DNA of 45,239 bases, counting the filler, from Catajapyx aquilonaris (Eukaryota), in NCBI GenBank assembly GCA_000934665.2. It is 2 parts of 2 records of this genome, joined end to end, with 100 filler letters (N's around TTAATTAATTAA, not from the genome) between each part and the next. Parts side by side here need not be neighbours in the genome. Positions count along the whole stretch, not along the records: positions 22,905 to 45,239 come from JYFJ02005883.1; 1 more part is not named here. One strand, 5' to 3'. A program made the translations under genes and the position numbers. Positions within the stretch are counted from its first letter, which is position 1. Each line of letters starts with the position of its first letter. Shown here one piece after another: positions 38,462 through 45,239 of this stretch. The notes below the pieces were generated by a model. The model worked only from the letters and a program-made list of their open reading frames with translations, had not been told where the DNA came from and did not search any database.

Positions 38462-39041
38462 CAGGGTGTTTCAGAGTCACGGGTCAAGCGCGCGCGAGGG
38501 GGTGGGGAAAAATCGCAGGTGGCGACAACCCCGGTCGGTTTTATAAAACAATTAGAAATACGGCAGTAATCAATTTATTTATTACGGCCGTACGACGTGA
38601 CGTCACGTCCTTTCTGTTCGAATTGACTGGCGCGGACTGGCATGTGCACTAGTGGGTTGAACCTGGTTGAAGGGCTTTTTAGCCTTGTGGGTTGCACTGA
38701 AAAAGGCGCTCTCATGCTATACCGGCATGGTACTATACAAAGTAGTGTACTACTGTACAGTGTGTGTTCAGTACCCTGCTGGAATAGCAGGAGAGCGCCT
38801 TTTTCAGTGCAACCCGCAAGGCTAAAAACCCGTTCAACCAGTTTCAACCCACTGAATCTGCCAGTCCGTGGGGGTCAATTCGAATACAGAAAGGATGTGA
38901 CGTCACGCCGTACGGCAGTAATAAATAAATTGATTACTGCCGTATTTATAATTGTTTGATAAAACCGACCTGGGTTATCGCCACCTACAATTTTTCCCCA
39001 CCCCCTCGCGCGCGCTTGACCCGTGACTCTGAAACACCCTG
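38462..39041. mobile_element. Tc1/mariner-type fold-back MITE nested in an older mariner end
   Basis: TA|CAGGGTGTTTCAGAGTCACGGGTCAAGCGCGCGCGAG...CTCGCGCGCGCTTGACCCGTGACTCTGAAACACCCTG|TA; ~270-bp arms. Sits 16 bp inside another TA|CAGGGTG end at 38446. Confidence 0.92.
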
Positions 39042-39156
39042 TAGAACCGAACCCTAAAAATTCATAATATCTCGTAAATAAATATACGAAAATCTATGCA
39101 ATTTTTATGACATATACCTCCAATGTTGCTGAAAAAATGGCATCACAGCAAGTGCT

Positions 39157-40183
39157 GTAAACTCAAAACCCCAGGATTTGGGACACCAACAGTCCTCCTA
39201 GGTCACATGAATCACCACTTCACCATGAGAAATTGGAGTTTGGTGGTCCACATCTGGAGTGAGGATCATCGGCCTAATTTCCTTCCGTGACAGCTTGATG
39301 ATGTGTAATTGACATATGGTTACTTCCCGCAAGATGGTGCGACATGTCACATGTAACGTGAGTGACGGGTTTTGCGTACACATAAGATCATGGGTTTACT
39401 TAAGATCCTGTTTATTGTCATTGCCAACAAGGTAGGGAGGAAAAATAGTTACAGGTAAGGAAAGGAATGAAAATGAAATACTGTATGGGAGATGACCAGT
39501 GACCAGTCGTAACTATGCCAGTCGAAAGGCCTCGAACATAAAATATAGGTGGCTTATAAATATAGGGTGGACACATGCTGCAATGCATGATGGGAACATC
39601 TCGACCAATCTGTTGTTCAATCCAATAGGGAAATAAAAAGGAGTGTAAATACATACAGATTCACGTGTAACACAACGTAAAATGGACCCAGAAAGGTCAC
39701 AGGTGTGGCAATGGTGACAACGTAGTTTTTTTGAGGACCACATGTCATTTCCAAAAATCTGTGATAACACGAGCTCAAACTTCTTTTTGCGGGGGTATCT
39801 GAAGGAAATGGTGCACAGGAACAAGCCACGTGTACGTATGATTCAAGCCTTACAGAAAAACATTACTAATGTAATCCACACCATTGATGCTGCAACATTG
39901 AGACGCGCTCTAGACAACATACACCGCCAAGCTCGTGTGACCTTGAACCCCCCAAAAAATTTCGCCTGCGGCGCTCTTGCTCTCCGCCCTTTGCGACTTA
40001 TGCCCCCGCCCCGCCTCGCAAACACCACCAAGTCTGCAGTATGGTACAGAACGGTCCGACGGGACCATGACGGCATGACCCCCCCCCCCCCCAAAAAAAA
40101 ATANAAATCGAAAGTCTGGATCCGCCCCTGGCATTGACATGTGCTTTGCATAACATGGCGGCCACTTCCAGCACTTGCTATAA
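39157..40183 (+). pseudogene. Decayed Tc1/mariner (DDE/D) transposase remnant
   Basis: Ordered, frameshifted fragments: RIWDTNSP..HESPLHHEK / IGVW..SG.RIIG, YFPQDGATCH (~39320-39350), SFFEDH / VISKNL, FFLRGYLKEMVHRNKPR..IQALQKNITNVIHTID (39781-39935), HGGHFQHLL* (to 40183). Interrupted by inserts at ~39365-39715 and ~39936-40135. Confidence 0.85.
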
Positions 40184-41693
40184 TGTCATTTGCTCAACAT
40201 CATTGGAGGTACAGGTAGCGGACAAGTTGTATATACACAGGGTCGCGACGAAATCAGGTTGGGAATAATGCTGGGCATTGAGGATAAATATTTCGTCCAT
40301 AGAATCGTACCATTCTTTAAGAGCGGGACTGTACGAGTGTACGTGTCACGGAATTTCGTTGATTTTCGTCCATAAGTTTACGAGATGTAACGCAATTTGA
40401 GGGGTTTACTCCGGCGTCCGACACGGGGAGGAGCAGGGCCTGCATGCTCTATTGATGACAGCCAGCCGCGAATTAGGAGGATAGGGCGGGAGTGGAGTGG
40501 TCTGGGCGGCCAGGGCATCGCATCGTGGTAGCCGGAGAGGATCCCAAGGAGGATCCTGCCGGCCGATGCATGGTGGTGTGGAGCTCAGGGCACCTGCCAC
40601 CCTGTCCGTCGTTGGAGATGGGCAGTGGGAGGGGGATAGTCCGGACGTGGACGGGCTACGGTTCTCGGTGGGCTTCGGGTCTGCAGCGGCTGGGAATTCT
40701 ACTCGGTGCGAACGGGTGCGGCGCGGCGCGGCGGGATGGAGATGATGACGGGATGTCCCCCTTTTGGGGCTCGAGGTGCAAGGGCCACTGGCGACTGGCC
40801 TGTACTCGCTTCGATAAAACAACAAACAGTAGTCGGTTCTATAAGAATCACCCTATATCATCCACTATTACAGGAAGTAATGGAATGCTATAACCTATAA
40901 CCGTTGAAGACTATCACTAGCGCCTGCCGGAGCAGCCCACAAGGAGGCCGTATTTTCCTTGAGCCATTGTATTACCTAGCTTGAAAAGTGACAACAGTGC
41001 AGAGCAAACAAGAGGGGCCTGCCTGAGTGGAATTGCCAAATATCAATAGTAGGAATGACTTGACTCATAGCCCTTGAAAGGAAATTTTGCAGTCTAATCC
41101 TGTAAATAATATTACCGCATTCAAAAAGCAAGCACCACTTTTAGGTTAAGGTAATGTTTAAGAAAGTTCGCCCAAAAATCAATAGCCTATGGCCACATGA
41201 TCCTAACGGGGCGCAGTAGCAAAAATACTGTAGAACGCTAATAATTTTTTTGTTGTGAAACGAGTCTTTAATTTGGAAAAACACGAACTAGGTGCCCTGC
41301 GCAAAGGTTTGCATGTGACAATGGTACCGTACTCGACACGATTGAATTAAAATTGGACATACGGCCGCAGAAGCGTGTCCGATTTCGTCGTTATTTGTTC
41401 GCCATGTAATTTAAATGCACTTTTCCGAAACCCGTTTTCCACTCAATTCAAATCGCCGAAAATGTCATGTTTTCTAAGGCGAAAATAGAAAAAAAGACGA
41501 ACTTCCATGAGCCAGATCAACTATACTATTTTTTGGTGCAACGTCTGTGGCGATTGAACCATGTTTGCGGCCGTACGGGCGCAGAAGATTTGGCATGACA
41601 TGTCAAAAGCATAGGAGGATTCAACATTGTTGAATCCTCCTATGCTGCATTCATAAACAAGTTTGTTGGGGTCGCGAGTCCATAAGGTTCAGC

Positions 41694-41841
41694 CAAGGGG
41701 GTAATCACTTCGGTACTCCGGTGTACACCTGGGAGTGGTACTCCCTGGTACTCCTCAGGCACCTCACTCTTTATTGCTCCGTGGTACTCCTTGAATTTGG
41801 TACTCCAGTGTACACTTTTCAGTCGAGTGATTACCCCCTTG
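41694..41841. mobile_element. 148-bp MITE with 8-bp TSD (hAT- or P-type)
   Basis: GGTTCAGC|CAAGGGGGTAATCACT...AGTGATTACCCCCTTG|GGTTCAGC; perfect 16-bp TIR and TSD; internal GGTACTCC repeats. Confidence 0.88.
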
Positions 41842-42545
41842 GGTTCAGCCATATTCCGGAAGTGGCGAAACATGTGAAGGTGAAAACAGTCATATGAAGC
41901 TGATATGAACATGCAGCATGAAATTCTCCGAATGTGCAGTGCTGCCAACCTACGCAACTTTGTATATTTATGCTAACTGTAAGTGAAGTGCACCTCGAAG
42001 GTCTAGTTTGACGGTGACCTCGAGGTCCCAGAATAAATCCCTGTCGGATTTGCTAATAAAATTTTCGAGTCAAAGCCAAATAAGATCACACAGGTGCCTT
42101 CTACTGTAGGCTAACACTGAGAAGGTGTAGTGCCGGCATTATTTTTACGAGAATTGACATGTCTGGATAAATCACACTTCTAAAATTTTTTTTGATAGTG
42201 ACCTCGGGGTCCCATGATGTCCCCATCGGAGACATAAATGAATTTATTTATTTCTTAGGCAAGGTGACCTATGGCCCCGAGTTTTTGACACCCTCAGTTG
42301 GCCCATGGGCCGTACTGGATGAGGCACGTGATTAAGCTTTGGACCACTTCTAGAGAAGAGTTGTACCTAAGTCTGTAACGATTATATACGATAACTGCGT
42401 TTTATTCTCACAGGAACGCCCCTTTAACTTTTTAGTGCCATGCACACTTATTTCACTTACCCAGTATATGGGCTAATTCCATTCGCAGAAAACTAATAAA
42501 TGTCCTGAACGATTTAGAATATATGGGTGGAACAAGCACACATAC

Positions 42546-42759
42546 CTGAAATCCAAGAGCCATTGAATCTAAGGGGCATGAAATCATGCCCCAGTATGTC
42601 ATCTAGTTTTAATCTTCTTCCTTTAATTCTGGGTCCGTCGTCAGGAGGAGTCAGCAAGACAACGGAGGTGACAATTAGGGCACACACAAACAGAATCACC
42701 AGTACGGCAATGATGATCCCTCGCCAATTGCGTTCGTTGGCATTGGAAGCCACCAGTTC
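42546..42759 (-). CDS. DPP10: DPP10/DPP6-like (inactive dipeptidyl peptidase 10-like, DPP4 family) internal exon encoding the juxtamembrane motif, TM anchor and stalk
   Basis: Minus strand reads ...ctctctttccag|GAACTGGTG...TGGATTTCAG|gtatg; 214 nt (phase 0 in, phase 1 out). Encodes ELVASNANERNWRGIIIAVLVILFVCALIVTSVVLLTPPDDGPRIKGRRLKLDDILGHDFMPLRFNGSWIS, matching the DPP6/DPP10 signature RNW(K/R)GIxIAxLVILxVCxLI...VILLTP and the family WIS motif. The exact paralogue name is not established. Confidence 0.93.
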
Positions 42760-44004
42760 CTGGAAAGAGAGGTGAAGGTTATCAGATGCGGAGACAATAG
42801 AACATTCAACTTTAAATAGTCTTATATTCATTGCAGGAGTGAACGTACACTTAAATTGTATAAATTGCGAAGATAATTATGCGATGATACAAAAATGCAA
42901 ATTCACCACATACAAACGCGAATGGCAATTTATTACACTGTTACATACTAGTAATCAATTGACATACGTATCTATTTGTGCTAGTGGGGGTGTTTCGCAG
43001 TGTCTGATGGGATTCAATATATTCAAATGTAGATGTCTCCTGTTATCGTCGATGGGGGTTTCTCTGTTGTGTTGGGTGGCAATAATCCTAGGTCAATCAG
43101 GAGCAGCGGGCGGTTGTGATTGTTGCACCTTGTAGGGGCGCCCACTACTTTTGAAAATCCATCGCGTTGCATCACACCTAATTTTTCACGAGGTCTTCAG
43201 GCACGCAATGTGAATTATTGTGGCCGGCGGCGAAAATCCTTCCCGACCACAATGAGCATCCAAAGTGGCCATCGGGCTGTCCCCGGCCACATGTCACACC
43301 ATTGCGCATTGGCCTGAGGAGGCGATGAAAACTCCGACCTTACCCAACGCAAATGCAAAGGGGTCCCAGGGCTGCCCCGAAACCCCAGGCGACTCCCGGT
43401 CACTCTCCACCAACCTGAAGCAATCCATGTCTGGAACAACCCCACCCATATGCAGCCACCAGGACTAAAAGAATCGCCCTACTGCCGCTCTCATATCACG
43501 TCATTCTGGACAGACAGATATTCTCCTTTCTGAATAGGGGTTGTGCAAATACCACGTGACCGATTTTAGGCCACATTTTGCCCCCCCCCCTCCCCCCCAG
43601 TGACCAACCGTGGTATCCANCCTACCCCCCCCCCCTTTTCACGTGGTCAACGTGGAACATTGTCAACTGTGATTGTTGAGAAATCAACAACTTTTTCAGT
43701 CTGGCAACAAAGGATTTCTGGCCATAAGATACAAGCTACCAGACTGAGATCGTTGTTGATTTCTCAACTATCACAGTTGACAATATTCGCAACAATAATC
43801 AGTGCCAATGGCAACAGCCACAAGCCACAACAACATGTATGATGACGCAATGGGGCCTCAAGGTAGATGTGACGCCATGAAACTTCCGAAATCTGAAAGG
43901 CGTCGCACGCAAAAACTATGCAAGTTAGCCAAAAACTACTTCCACATCCAGATATTAGTTTTGCGAGTCCTACCAGACTACGTGGCCACTTTCCGCGAGT
44001 ATGA

Positions 44005-44818
44005 GGTATTCCACGTCAAGCGGCACACTTTCCGACAAATCTTTGAGGACCTTGACCAAAATTTAGTGACATGTACTACTCATCTACCTATGCAGGAATC
44101 AAAATTATTTTCCCTCTGCGTTGCGTGGTTGCGTAACTGCAGGGTGTCAAATGTGCCGATTTTCGCCCCTTTTTGATACGTTCGCTGTCACTTGGATGGC
44201 CATATCTCCTAGAAGGTCAGGTCAAATGTAACATTTGATATGTGCATTGGAAGCGTAGTTTTACGCTCTATGAGATGGTCATACTCAAAATTGATAAATC
44301 CAAATGAGGTGACTTCACTTACGGGACGGGTTTGAAACAAAAAAAGTTATCATTGTCGGCAAATATCGAAAAGGAGTTCTCCAGATTTTTCGGAAGTGTG
44401 AAGTAAACATTGGACTTGTCATTTTAAGTGTCATTCAAAAGAAATCGTAGTGGTCGATTCGATACCAATGTCAAAATCAATGTTTTGGGCGCCATATTTG
44501 ATTTTAAATTTTGGGATTTTTCAATTTTGAGTATGACCATCTCATAGAGCGTAAGATTACCCTTCGAATGCACATATCAAATGTTATATTTGACCTGACC
44601 TTCTAGGAATCTAGGAGATATGGCCATGTAAGTCACAGCGAACGTAGCAAAAAGGTTTAAAAACTGGCACATTTGACACCCTGTAGTTATGCAACCCCGC
44701 AACGCAGAGGTATAATAATTTGGATTCCTGCACAGGTCGATGAGTAGTACGTGTCACTAAATTTTGGTCAAGGTCCTCAAAGATTTGTCGGAAAGTGTGC
44801 CGCTTGACGTGGAATGCC
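44005..44818. mobile_element. Fold-back DNA element with ~300-bp arms
   Basis: GGTATTCCACGTCAAGCGGCACACTTTCCGAC...GTCGGAAAGTGTGCCGCTTGACGTGGAATGCC; arms ~44005-44304 / ~44510-44818. The interior is homologous to 33350-33642; TSD not resolved. Confidence 0.85.
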
Positions 44819-45239
44819 ACACACATATTTCTGGTTACATTTTAGAGAAAAACTAATTCCATAGGCGCATTCCGCTCGCGTTTCTCTTTCATGTGATATA
44901 TTATGTTCATTGGGTTTTGACCACTTCCACTAACCGAAAAAATTACCCAATAAAGACCTCATTTTCAGCCATTTACAAAATTTCGCGATTTTTTCCCACC
45001 CCACGGTATTGCGCAATATGGCTGAAACTTGATACGTAGCATAATGGCATGTGTGTGTACAGCTGTGATATTTTCTTGAAAATCGGAGAAGTTCTAGCAA
45101 CATTTCAGCCCACTTTATTCTGAATGACCGCTACATTTCGAGCAAGATGGATAAACAGGGTATGGTGGCAAAACTGGGGCCGTTTTCCCTCTAGCGGGGT
45201 GTGAGTGTGATGTAAGGTCTGGCCGCCAGAGGCGCAGCT

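Larger units (their letters stand above)
30899..42545 (-). other. 11.6-kb TE-filled intron of the DPP10-like gene
   Basis: Bounded by GT (42545-42544) and AG (30900-30899) on the minus strand, with phase-1 continuity of the flanking exons. Confidence 0.85.

Noticed and set aside
40386..40810. GC-rich block starting TGTAAC as an LTR or coding exon
   Set aside because: No partner LTR, TSD, primer-binding site or recognisable protein found; left unassigned.
42760..42831. In-frame ATG extension (MNIRLFKVEC...) as the true N-terminus of the DPP10-like protein
   Set aside because: It runs through a strong polypyrimidine/CAG acceptor at the position where the family normally has an intron; more likely an incidental open frame, though not excluded without transcript data.

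Overview
Repeat-rich eukaryotic (invertebrate, probably arthropod) genomic DNA; no prokaryotic operon, CRISPR array, rRNA or intact tRNA is visible. The only host gene I can support is three minus-strand exons (42546-42759, 30804-30898, 30632-30706) of a DPP6/DPP10-like type II membrane dipeptidyl-peptidase-family gene, with GT-AG sites and matching phases; its first exon and 3' exons were not found. The rest is intronic/intergenic and is dominated by non-autonomous DNA transposons, many of them near-complete fold-back palindromes (TA-TSD Tc1/mariner-type, 8-bp-TSD hAT-type, a TTAA Kolobok-like, a CAC-ended Chapaev-like, and a 2.1-kb element with ~900-bp arms). There are also three TSD-flanked tRNA-derived SINE copies (two nested), a decayed Tc1/mariner transposase and several minisatellites. 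An artificial 100-bp spacer (44 N + TTAATTAATTAA + 44 N) at 22805-22904 means the two halves may not be contiguous in the genome. Most ORFs in the supplied track appear spurious. I see no convincing novel protein-coding system; the most interesting signals are the dense fold-back elements inside the DPP intron, the nesting relationships, and an unassigned, possibly decayed multi-gene element at 1-5400. Family assignments come from terminal motifs and remembered consensus features, not from database searches.
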